From: Adineta vaga
Lineage: Eukaryota > Animalia > Rotifera
Direction: 5' to 3'
Length of the DNA stretch: 64,000 nucleotides
NCBI GenBank assembly: GCA_021613535.1
Contig: CP075496.1
Location: 3,224,001 to 3,288,000, forward strand
Every line of letters starts with the position of its first letter. The stretch's first letter is position 1. Below are positions 39,957 through 52,247 of the stretch, one piece after another. The notes beneath the pieces were generated by a model. It saw nothing but the letters and a program-made list of their open reading frames with translations, was not told the origin of the DNA and made no database searches. A program made the translations under genes and the position numbers.

Positions 39957-41432
39957 ATGTTTACCACAACAAATAATCCAACTGTTCAAAATCTCGATGA
40001 ATTAAATCGACAAAAACAACAAGAAGAAATGATTCGACAATATTTACAGGTGACAAATATTGATTCAATAAATTCCCCATCGACCAAACCCTCGACATCA
40101 ACAGTCGAATCAAATCCCGTATCAAATACAACAAGTAAAATAGATTCAGATATTGAAATTGAATACGATCCTTTTCATATTTAGCAATAATGCCACCATT
40201 ATCTTCATTGAATTTAAATGAGCTTCGGAAAGATCTACAAATGACTGAGCAACGTGTTGAACATTTACGCGAAGAACTAAAAGAAATTCAGAGGAAACGT
40301 CATGATTTTTCTATTCGAGCACCACCACCACCATATGTGCCACCACCACCATCAATCAAACAGACAGTTTCAGAATTTGTAAATCATAATAGAACAAAAT
40401 CACCAATTATACACGAAGTAAAATATATGAAATATTTCCTTTTTGTTTTTGATAACATTCATCTTCAAAGTTTATATCATCGTCTCAACAACAAAATTTG
40501 CGACCAATTGTTACTAATACCGTTCCATCTTCAATGCCGTTATCTAATTTCAATCCTGTCAATCATTTACCAACAATTCCAGGTGAAGTAAGCGCTGCTT
40601 TAACTTATTCGTTGCTTCTGCAAATTTATTCTTTTTCAAAAAAAAAAATGCAATTTATTCATTTTTTTCTCAATCATTTAGTTGATGTATCTAAAGATCA
40701 TCGTCATCAACAATTCTTTATGACAATGCATCAACATCGTGAACAGCTTGTCATTCATCTTGATTCATTAAAACAAGCTCTCAACTCTCTCGAACGATTA
40801 GCTACATTAGAACCAACACGCACTGAACTTCATCTAGCTAATATGAAGTAATTGACAATTCGATTTTCTCTTTTCATGATTGACTTCTTTTTTATACTTT
40901 TTCTTTTTTAGATTCGATACAATTCAACAAAAAAGTCGACAGCTTCGTGCTTTAAAATCCAATCGTTCAAGACAACAATCTCCATTTATTGAATGCCGTA
41001 TACGTCAATTAGAACATGATTTAGTTTTTATGTTAAGTGAACATCAAAAAGATGTTCAATCTAAACTTGAATTAAATGAACAAAGAAGTCTTCTTGTACT
41101 TAAGATAATGCAAGTATCAGATGAATTATCATCTATTGATCAGCAAATACAACAGTAAAATCATAGTTATTAGTTCTTTTCTTACATCAATTTATATTCT
41201 ATTTAGATTATCACATAATAATAATAGCAATAGTAGAGACATGCAACGCATAAATTTATCTTCGTCATCTGATGAAATCTATCCACAACAACAACAACAA
41301 CAACAGCAATATTCGTTACGATCTCGTAATCCAACCAACAACGTCCATGATCAATGTGTTTCATTTCGAGATCGAACAGACAATAATCCATTGTCACGAA
41401 TATCTAATATTTATTGTCATCAACCTAATTAA
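39957..41432 (+). CDS. Coiled-coil protein of unknown function
   Basis: Successive ORF segments separated by short GT-AG introns; heptad-rich segments (LRKDLQMTEQRVEHLREELKEI; IRQLEHDL..LELNEQRSLL) and a PPPPY motif. Confidence 0.65.
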
Positions 41433-42367
41433 ATCGTAGTAATGGCTCTCAGACGTCTGATATGAAATCATCAACAACGTTCATTCAATTCTTTTCTTAT
41501 TTTTGTAATATTCCCATTTCTATAGAAAAGAGATTATTTTGCTTCTTTCACGTGTACTTTTGCAATTCTAATAAAATAGTGATTAATTCATGCTTATTCT
41601 CTCAAGAGATCTCTCACTACTAGTAAGGCTAAGAAACATTCTATGACAATGAATGATGACGATAGTCTACGAGTCACATAAGGAAAAAAAAGAAGATGAA
41701 GGAATAGAAAAAGAATGCGCATGCACATTTATAGATATATATATATATATATAGCTCAATTACAACACAGAAGAAAAAAGAATCTGGAAGAATAAGAAGA
41801 ACGGAAGAAAAACTGGGTCATTTGTTTTCTACTCTCAACTAAACTAGTATTTACGAAAGTAGGCAACGAGATAAGAAGAAATAGAGAAAAAAAAGAGACA
41901 CGAGACTGTTTGAGGGACATAAAAAAAAGGAAAGAGTAGCAATGTATTGTTACGTGTACAGTTCAGTAATCTCCGGTCAAATAATTAGATGAACGACGAC
42001 AACATCGATGCGGTAGGAGGTTGATAGGTGCACATACAATTTCTTTCATTCACGATTGATTTGAATCGTCAGTTTACATACATACATCAAATCAACGAAG
42101 AGACGGTTTACGCAATAAAGATTGATGTAAGTAAATCGTAGTCTTGTATCAAACTTAGATGATAACTCTCTAATCAGTAGAGATTGCTAGAAGGGAAAAA
42201 GAAATCTCAATAGTGATTTTGTTGTTTTCTTTCATCTCTGGAATTGATTATCGCAAAGAACAAATGAATAGGAGTCGGTTTATTATAAATAACCCAATTA
42301 TATAGGGATGTGATGATCATTCTCTTTCCTCCTTCTCTACTTCTTATTCATTTCTAGTTCGATTGCA

Positions 42368-42856
42368 ATGCGTAAGTCTGCGACAACAATTCTTCCACGT
42401 TCGTCATCGACTAATCTATCTTCTATTGAACAAAAAAATCATCCGTCAACAAGAATAACAACATCAACACGATTGTCACATAGTATCAGTCATTATGATT
42501 GTCGAAGAATACTATCGAATCCATCCATTCGTCCACGGATGAACTTTACTACAAGTGCAACAACAAAAGAATTATCTCGTTTTGAACCTATACTTAATCA
42601 TGATACTGATTCATTAAAAATTGGTGATCGAGTTTATGTCAATGGTCAATGGTCGGGTATTATATTGTATATTGGTGAAACAACTTTAGGTTCTGGTGAT
42701 TGGGCTGGTGTGATATTAGATGATGCAACATATGGCAAAACAAATGGTATCGTACGTGGACGATGTTATTTTCAAACAACGAATAATCGCGGCATATTTT
42801 GTCGTTTAACTAAACTTAGTCGAGAAAAAACGTTATCAAATGAACAAAATCGATGA
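42368..42856 (+). CDS. Small CAP-Gly domain protein
   Basis: LKIGDRVYV..GIILYIGET..GDWAGVILD...GKTNGIVRGRCYFQT..NRGIFCR. Confidence 0.85.
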   Translation: MRKSATTILPRSSSTNLSSIEQKNHPSTRITTSTRLSHSISHYDCRRILSNPSIRPRMNFTTSATTKELSRFEPILNHDTDSLKIGDRVYVNGQWSGIILYIGETTLGSGDWAGVILDDATYGKTNGIVRGRCYFQTTNNRGIFCRLTKLSREKTLSNEQNR

Positions 42857-43010
42857 AAAAAGAATGGAAAAAACAACGCAAACAACAAGAGAAAGAAAAG
42901 CAAACAGAGCAAAAGAACATATGTGAAGATTTTCATATTAAATAAAAATGAATCTACATAAAAGAAGATATCAGTTAAATTAAGTCATTCTCGTTTTTGG
43001 TTCTTATTTT

Positions 43011-45145
43011 CTACATGATTGAACAACGTACATTATTATTATTATTATTATTGATATTATTATTTTTGTGTAATTTGCTTTTGATTTTACTTTTATGTTC
43101 ATGTTTATGATTACCAAAACGTGTAAATAAACGTGAAAAATCATTCATAATTGATGAATGATGTGTTCCATGTTTACAATCTGTAATATAATCTTTAATA
43201 ATTGTTGAATTGTGAAGATAATCTTTTTCATTTGATGATGGTAAATGAACATCAATATCAGACGCATAAATATTTTCTTTAACTAACGAACTATCATGTT
43301 GATTATCATGATAATGAAGATTTTTATGTGGTTGAAATGTTGCTGGTAAAGGATTCGTTAAACCATATTGAATCCAATTTAACATCGATATTGGACGTGT
43401 TTGTTGCGTATCATGAACGATATCATTCATGGGTTTACAGAAACTAAAACTACGAACTTGTTCATCTTTTCTATTTGGACGAAGATTCACTTCCGAAAAT
43501 GGTTTCATAGGTATGGCATATTCTGGTTTGTGTTCTGAGGATGATTTTTCATTGATAATTAATTTTGCAGATAGAATAGGACTACTTTGAGGAACGGATA
43601 CGGATAGAAGAGGATTTTCATATGTTTTTTCTTCAATTTCTTTCTGTGTTGATATCTACAATGAAGAAGAAATGTTCGACAAGAATCAAAATCAAGAACA
43701 AATGAAACTTACATCAATTGTTTGCGTTTGTGCTTTACGTAAAAGTTCATCTAAGGTTGGTAATGGTGAAATAGATAGTTTAGATTTATGGAGTAATGAC
43801 GGTTTAACATAGATTAAATCTCCATTGGGATTATGTGAACGTAATTGATGAAATTGTCGATCTAATTCTTCAGTAACAGATGATTTCTTTGGTTTCATCA
43901 ATGATGCCGATGATGATGGTGATAATGGTTTAGTCATCACTTTTTCAATAGATTGTGAACTAGTAGATGGTTTTGTAAAAATTTTTTGTAATGGTTGTAA
44001 ATCTTTTGATTTGAATGTTTTAATTAAACGTCGAATTTCTAAACGTTCAAGTGATGTAAAACTTGATTGACTTCGACTACGTGATAATGATAATGTTGAA
44101 TGATGAGTAGAATTTGAACAAAGACTATCACGACTTAAATCTCGACGAGGAGAACTGAAATAGAAACAAAGAAAGAAATATATTTCATTGAACGACATGA
44201 GAACACATACGCGATTGATGTTTGTTGAGTTGGAGTATGACGAAGTTGTCGAAAATCATCCATAGCAGCACTTAATAATGGATCATTTCGTAATGAACCA
44301 TTTAAACGTTTTTGAAATGATGAATGACTACTATTGGAACTTGAAGGTGATGGTGGTTTCTTAAAATTTTTATGCTGAGTTTCATTTATTGGTTGCGTTT
44401 TCATCAAATTCGATGCAGCTTCTTGATAGATTGGATTTGTCATGGTTGGCATTTCATCATATGTTGATATACGAACAAGACCAGATGCATAGGTTTGTAT
44501 TGGTGAAGATGATGATGTTTGTTTTTTATGAGATTTTTTCTTTTGCTTTGGTGAATATTGATGATAAGGACGAGGAGGAGGAGGAGGAGGTGGTGGAGGT
44601 GGTGGTGGTACATGAGGAAGATTCGTATGATTGAACGGTATTTCGTTTGCATAATTGTAATTTAGATGTGATGGTTGAAAATGATTGATTGCATGCCATG
44701 AATGAGCTTTGGATAGATGTGGTGAACTTTGTTGAAAGAATTGATGTAAATCAGTGACAGATTTTGTTTTCATAGGACGATATTGATAATTTGGTGTAGC
44801 ATAACGTGATGAAGGTGATGATGTATCAGGAAAACGTTGTCGATTAAAATGATTACTAGTGGATTGTTTCAAATGATTATAACGAGTATTTGTATATGAT
44901 GAAGATGTATGTAAAGGTTTTGATGGTGGATTTGGTCTTGATTGTTGATGTTGTTGAGGAAGAACAAATGGTAAAGAATAGGTGATCGAAGATAATGCTG
45001 GTGATGTTTGAAATGTTGAAGGATATTGTTGTGCAGGTGGTACGGGAAAATGAAAAGGATTGGGAGACCACGGGATAGAAAAGGGAAGACGCGGTGAGTT
45101 CATATAGAATGGGTAAGGTATAGGTTGTTGCATTGTTAAATTCAT
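43011..45145 (-). CDS. Pro/Ser-rich disordered protein with a C-terminal CaaX box
   Basis: Three long exons (about 45145-44212, 44154-43712 and 43656-43011); polyproline; basic stretch followed by the terminal RCSIM*. Confidence 0.75.
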
Positions 45146-46210
45146 GTTTTCTTTAATATTATATAAATAGAATTCATTTGTTGCTTGAATTGTTTGAAAT
45201 ATGAAACAATAATTGTTCCCACTATATGATGTTTTGAAGTTTAATATTCCATGCTTTACGGTCAATTTTCATCACATCATATTGTAAAAAAAAGAACGAC
45301 ACTAGTGTTTTCTCCTTTTCTTTCTTTCTCTTCTTCGTTTGCTTTCGTTTATCAATGAAGATATGGACACGGTTAAAGCTCAGCAAGTGAACAAAATATA
45401 TGAATATAGACACTTTTAAAGGTCATACTCATCGTGTTCGTATGTTCAACGAACCGAAACCGTGGCAACAGAGACAACAATAGACAAAAGAAATGAAATG
45501 AAGAAATTTATACATATAGATAAGTGATGTACCACAATGTATATTTATACATATGCATATTTTTCATATCTAACTCTTATTCTTTGTCGAAGTAGATGAG
45601 AGATAATATATGAGACAGAAAGAGAGAAAGAAAGAAATCGAAAATGAGTATGTATGTTTCTGTTCAATGTCTTCTTCAAAGATATGCACATTAACCATTG
45701 ACATTGTCATTTTTAACTCGAAAGCACTTGGTCAAAGTCATTTTGGATTAAAAATGATAAATGAATAGACAATGAAATATTCACTGATTGACGATTTACT
45801 CACACTATCGAATATTTCGAAAAGAGGAAAAGTTCGCTTTTTCGAATTTTAAATTCTATCGTATATGTATGCCTCTTTTTTTCTCTGTTCGTTCAATGAT
45901 AATCATCAACATGAATGATTAATCACATTTATTTTCAAATCTGATTATTATCAAATGTAGACTAATTACATAGGAAATTCTTGTCTGATTCAGATCGATT
46001 GGAAGAGAGTATTATCTGAATAGACATCAGTTTGAATATCTTCAAGTATAAATCTTATGAACATCAAATGATTGACAGTCATTGCAATTTCAAAGGACAA
46101 GAACCTTTTATTAATTCATTCAGATAATCTATTACAAAGAAATAAAAGCAACAATCCAAAACAAAACAAATGAGAAAATGTTCTTTGGTGTTTTTGCTTA
46201 TGATTTATGT

Positions 46211-49040
46211 TTATAAAAGAAGACAATCAGTCTTTGTTAATGTATGACATGTATGACTTTGTCCAAGTTCACAACGACAGGTTGTCATACTAAATGCATA
46301 ATTTGTTGGACAGACAAAATCGTAACGAAGTAATGGTCCATCCGATGGTTGATTGTTAGTTGTACAAAAGTAAAATTTCGTACAATCGTACATATCTCGA
46401 TAAAGACCAGACTGACGTCCATTACAATCAAATACAGGTGAAGAACTACCTGATGTACGTAATAATTGACCTAAACCATTCAATGCAATCACTGCCGATT
46501 GAGGAATATTTGATGATATTGCAGCAAGTGTTGTTGTTGTTGTTGTACTTGCTGTTGCAGGTGTAGGTACAACACAAAAGGTTTCTCCTGTAGTTTGACA
46601 TGAACGACCTGATGGCCAATCACATGTACAAGCATCTATTGAGAATTCTAAACCGGGTGGACAGAAAAATATATGATAACGTAATGAATTTAAATCATTT
46701 CCTTCACAAACATAAAATATCGAACAATTCCGACGATCACGATAGATTCCATGTCGACCAGCTTGATGATTAGCACAAATATATTCAGCATTGTAAGTCT
46801 GATGTGCAAGTGGTGGTACTGCTGATGTTGTTGAGAGTGTAGATGATACTTGAATTGGTACCGATGGTGTCGTACCTGTTAATATACTAAGCGCATTTAA
46901 TAATTGTTGTAAATTATTAGGTAAAATAGGTTGTGGAGAAGTTGCTCCTGTTTGAGTTTGTACATTAATAAAACGAATTGGTGGACTATCAGTCACAGTT
47001 GTCATAATTGACGGAATTCTTTGTTGAACATGTGGTATTCGTGTACTTGTTTCAGGCACAGGTAGATTGAGAGTGGTAAAAGCTTGTCGAGTGATTGGAA
47101 ATGTTTCCGTATTACAAAAGAAACCGGAAAATTCTTAAATAGAATAATATATTTAGATGAAAACTCAACTTTTCAACACAAACCATCGTTATCAATACTC
47201 CAAATAAATAATCCAGCGAGTTGTTCTGCTTTAGCATATTGTGCCTAAAAATAAAAATATCGATCTTTTCAATTACTTGAGCTTTTGTTGTCAAAATTAC
47301 TTTCAATGCAGCAGAATCCACATCTTCATAACTGATCCATTGATCATCATTAGTCATATACCAGCCTTTTTCCGAATCTAACCAAACTCTTTGCCAATTC
47401 TGAGATTGACCTTTTTCACAAACCTAATGTAAACAAAAAGAATCAGTCATGCTTCTTCCAAAACATTCATAGAAAAATCATTCTTACTTCATAATAAGAT
47501 AGGAAACCTCGAGTTTTAGTATATTGTCCAGGATATCCAGGACCATTGGCTAACGAGAAAAGAATCATTAAAAAAACTAAAATTCAAAAATTCAATTTAC
47601 TTGGTGCATGAAGACCTTTCTGTTCTGTTGATAATGTATACGAACGACCATAAGCTGGAATACCAATAATTAACTTTTCACGTGATACACCTAGACTAAG
47701 CCATAGTTTAACTAGACCATCCTATAAAATTTCTTCGCATACAAATGAAATATTCTCACAGATTAAACATACGACATTTCGGAGTGATTCAGTTTCTATT
47801 TGATAATGTTGATGAAATAATGGTGCTGATATACCTGTTTTCTCATCCCATGGACCTGATTTACAAGCATTTTGAATAGTTCAATAGTTGTGTAAATATT
47901 TATACTTACCATAAAAATCAAACGTCATTAGATTAATATAATTCACCAGACTTAAAATCGAAACATTCCACTTAAACATTAGTTCTCATTTTTATCAATA
48001 TTACCTTTCAATTTTTCGGATATCATAAACTTTTAAAAGATTTTCGACATACGGTGCAGCTGTTAAAGTAATAACTGTTCTCAACATCAATCGTCTTTGT
48101 TTTCCAATTTCCTAAATAAAACACAAAAATTCATCTATACTTTCTTCTTCTCAAATCAATTTCAATCAACTTCAAGTAATGCTGTCAATGCTGCTTTCGC
48201 ATCTGGAATATCAGCATCAGGAAATTCAAGTGCAATATCTACACCATCAAAACCATGTGTTGCCATATACCTAAAACAGATATTGAAAGTAACAAAGTAA
48301 CTAGAAAGTTTGATCTTGAAAGAACTACCAAATTAGACTTCGAACAAGTTGAGTAGTCGTTGTAGAGAGTCTCAAATATCGAAGATAAAGAGAAATCTTT
48401 CCTCCTAAACGAATTAAGATTTTTAAATTTGGATTTGTTTTTTTCAATAGAGACAATTCACGATAATGTTCTGAAAAGAAAATTGACAATGCCTTTTCTA
48501 ATAGATTTCTTTTACGTAAATGCAAACCGAGATCATCTTTTTGTGCAGCAATTATCTCTGGTTTTTGAGCATCAACAGTTGCATATGCATAAATAATATG
48601 ACTACACATAAATGGATCGATGAATTCAATTTCAAATTTTGCTTCACCAGATCGATATCGAGACCAATTCGTAACATAACATACACGAAGCATTTTTGAT
48701 GGTTCTTCTTCAATTGGAGCTATCAAAAGACACAACAACAAACGAGAATTCCATGAGATTAGTTATTTGTTTTATTTCAAAAATAAATTCTTTTCATTGT
48801 TCCTTTTGAAAAACTCAACAAAATCTTCGATAATCGTGTTAAAGGAATTTCAATTGTTATGGTACAGAAAGAAAGAAAGAAAGAAAAAAGAACACGAATG
48901 ATCTAATCATTGATTCTTATCATACTCTCAGACATACTTATTCGATTTGCATTAACATTATTTCTTTGACCAACAATAAAGATGAGTAGGTTGAATGTGA
49001 GGTAATACATCAGCGATTGTAATGGATAATATTGACCCAT
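46211..49040 (-). CDS. GH18 chitinase-like protein with two C-terminal CBM14 (ChtBD2) domains
   Basis: Signal-peptide exon 49040-48938; RVCYVTNWSRYR, CSHIIYAYA, FDGVDIALEFP, MTFDFYGPW, GIPAYGRSY, GLFIWSIDND; Thr-rich linker and two Cys-rich CBM14 domains. Confidence 0.92.
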
Positions 49041-49866
49041 ATTCAAATTTTTTCTTCGTCTTAAATCTTACTTAGTAATAGAAAAGCATATAAATAACAA
49101 AGACAATGAGGATTGGCAGACACAATATAATATGACCAAATAATTCTAGTTGTAAGTTTGAGGACAAAAAGAAAGAGCAAAAAAAATGTTCACCAATCAA
49201 ACAATTTTAGTCTCCGTCGAAGTGCAGAAGATCCGCATGTCAATAGCTTATCCTATGTACACATACATCTGATAGATACTATACACGACTAAACGTCAAA
49301 TGTCATGTACTTACACAAATGTATATATACATATATACAAGACGTGTGAACAAGTTGATTTAAACTTAAGCAATTAAATAAACAATGGTCACCTATTGAA
49401 TACAAAACAAATGTTCACTGAATGTCTCCAATTAATAAGATGTAAAATTGAAATATGAGTAAGTAAAGAAAGGATCATTCTAGTTAAATATGATGAATAT
49501 CCTTGGAATTATTGACACATTGAATTCTTTCTTGTAAACATTGATCTTATTAAATGACAACTAAGGAATGTTTTATTGATTGCGAAATAAAATCTAAGTA
49601 TACAATCGTCTTAAATCATCTATTGATCTTTGTTATCATCTTCAAATACGATTCACCAATATATATATATATATTCAATGATGTAATCGAAATCTCATCA
49701 AAGAATGAAGAAAAAAAGGAACAAAATGAAATGGAAGAGAGAGAAAACGAACAAAAAAGAAGAGAGACAGGATATTGCCTTTCATTTGATATGATCAAAA
49801 GAATAATTGTATTGTTCAATTTTAGTATGATTATGTTTAGTCATTAGAAGTTCATTTATTCATCAA

Positions 49867-52247
49867 ATGATTTCTCAACAATTCAATTTCGTTTTCTTAT
49901 TATGTTTATGGTATTTATTTAAGAATTCTTCATTTGCTCATCATATCTCCAGTAAGATTTATTCATTTCTATACTCATTGTTAGTTCTATTTTAAAAAAT
50001 TCCTAGTTGATTTTCCACGTCTTTGTGTTTATCGTAATGATTCATCTCAGTATTATCCATGTGTATTAAATTATATTGGCCTTAGTAGTTGGTCATTATA
50101 TCGTTGTCCAGAACAGTCAACATTCGATGAAGCATCTCAACGTTGTTTAATTAAAGTTCCTGTTAATGATGCATTTGAACAATTTGCATCATTACCATCA
50201 ACAGAAATGGCACAATTTCATCGCGTAGCTAGTTTTATTGTAGCAACACCTGTACCTAACGAAGATCAAGATTTTCAACAACAACAACAAAAACGACTTG
50301 TTTCATTACCACCAACTATTGATAAATTAATGGAACCATTTTCAATGAAAAAACTACGAAAAGTAAAAAACATGTTTTTCTTAATCGAAATGAATAAATT
50401 ATTGAATATTGATATTTTTAAGCGAACTGAACGAGATATCATGGATCAATCAGCAGGCGTTTTATGGTCGCATGGCTCTCCATTAATGAAAATAGATAGT
50501 AAACCAATTGTTGAAGAAAAATCACCGATCAATGGAAAAATAAGTCGTTTTTCGATTGTCGAACGTCATCGTTCTCCTGTGAATGAAGGTAATGCTTTAG
50601 CACTACATCCAATTTCTTTTCTCACAAGTGAATCAGAGTTTCTAAAGTATCTTTATCTATTATAGACGAACTTAAATACAAAAAGATTTGTTATTTTACA
50701 AATTGGGCACAATACAGACTTGGCCCAGCAAGATTCGACCCCGAAAATATCGATCCATTTCTTTGTACACATATTATCTATGCATTTGCAAATATTGATA
50801 ATCAAACATTATTAATTACAAAAGTTGAAGATAACGATGAAGGTAATTATTAAATAAATCGATCTTTTTAAAGTAAATCTACGTTCGATTATAATATAGA
50901 TCTCTATCGACGTATCAATGCATTGAAAACATTGAATCCAAAACTAAAAACAGTACTTGCTGTTGGTGGATGGAATATGAAATCGTATGCGTTTTCTACT
51001 ATGGTACATAATCATGAAAAGCGACGAAATTTTATCTTTGATACGATTAAGTAAATTATCTATGAGTTTATTTTATTATCGGAGACATTCTTTCTTCTAG
51101 TTTCCTTCGAAAACATAATTTCGATGGTTTAGAAGTCGATTGGGAATATCCAGGTATTCGTGGGGGACAAACCAATGATAAATATTATTTAACTTTATTT
51201 CTTCAGGTAAGAAAAGTTATATTTGAAAAGGAAAAGATAATATATTTAAAATTTTGTTCTTAGGAATTTAAAGATGCAGCTATTGCTCAAGCAATAGTCA
51301 CAGGTCAATTACGATTGATCTTAGCAGCAGCTGTAGCTGCTAATCAAGAAGTTGTTGTAAATGCTTATGAAATTGGAAAAATTGCTAAGTAAACTTCATT
51401 TCATTTGTTCATTTTTCATTCATGATTTTGTTTCTTTTTAGAATTTTAGATTTCATCAATATAATGACATAGTAAATTGCTCGATCTTTTCATTCTCCGT
51501 ATGTTTTCATTATTTTCTAGCGATTTTCATGGTGCATGGCAAAATTATACTGGAGTTAACGCTCCATTATACAGACGTTATGATGAACTTGATAGAGATG
51601 GATCACTCAATCAGGTATTGGAAAGAAAAGAAGTTTCATTTGTATTTGAAACTCTCTCTCTCTCTTAATAGGATTTTGGTATTACCATATGGTTAGAAAA
51701 TGGTGCACCAGCTCATAAACTTGTTCTAGGTGTACCGTTATTTGCTCGTAGTTTTCTCTTAGCACGATCTGATCAAACTGATATTCATTCACCAACAGTT
51801 GGTAATGGTAGTGCAGGTCTATTTACACGTATTCCTGGTTTTCTTTCCTATTTCGAAGTAAAATTCTTCCGTAGTGTTTTTTAATAATATTCTATTGAAT
51901 TGATTTTTCGAAGGTTTGTCTCCTACAAACAGATTCTAAATGGCAAAAACGGACAGTAACAGATGGTTCAGAATCTGAATATATGTTTCGCGATCGAGAA
52001 TGGGTCTCCTATGAATCAGTGGATAATATCCGAAAACGTGCTGCTTATGTCGTTGCTAAGAATTTAGGTGGAATGTTTGTTTGGTCTCGTATGTCATCTC
52101 ATTTTATGATTTAATTTGATTTGTTTGAACATGACATTTTTAGTTGATATGGATGATTTCAATGGAGCGTTTTGCAATAATGGCACATATCCATATATAA
52201 GAAATTCGTTAGCACTTCTTCCAACATCTATGCCATCTTATGTTTAA
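49867..52247 (+). CDS. GH18 chitinase with a degenerate N-terminal CBM14-like segment
   Basis: Signal peptide [18 protein letters not shown]; [63 protein letters not shown]. Confidence 0.93.
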
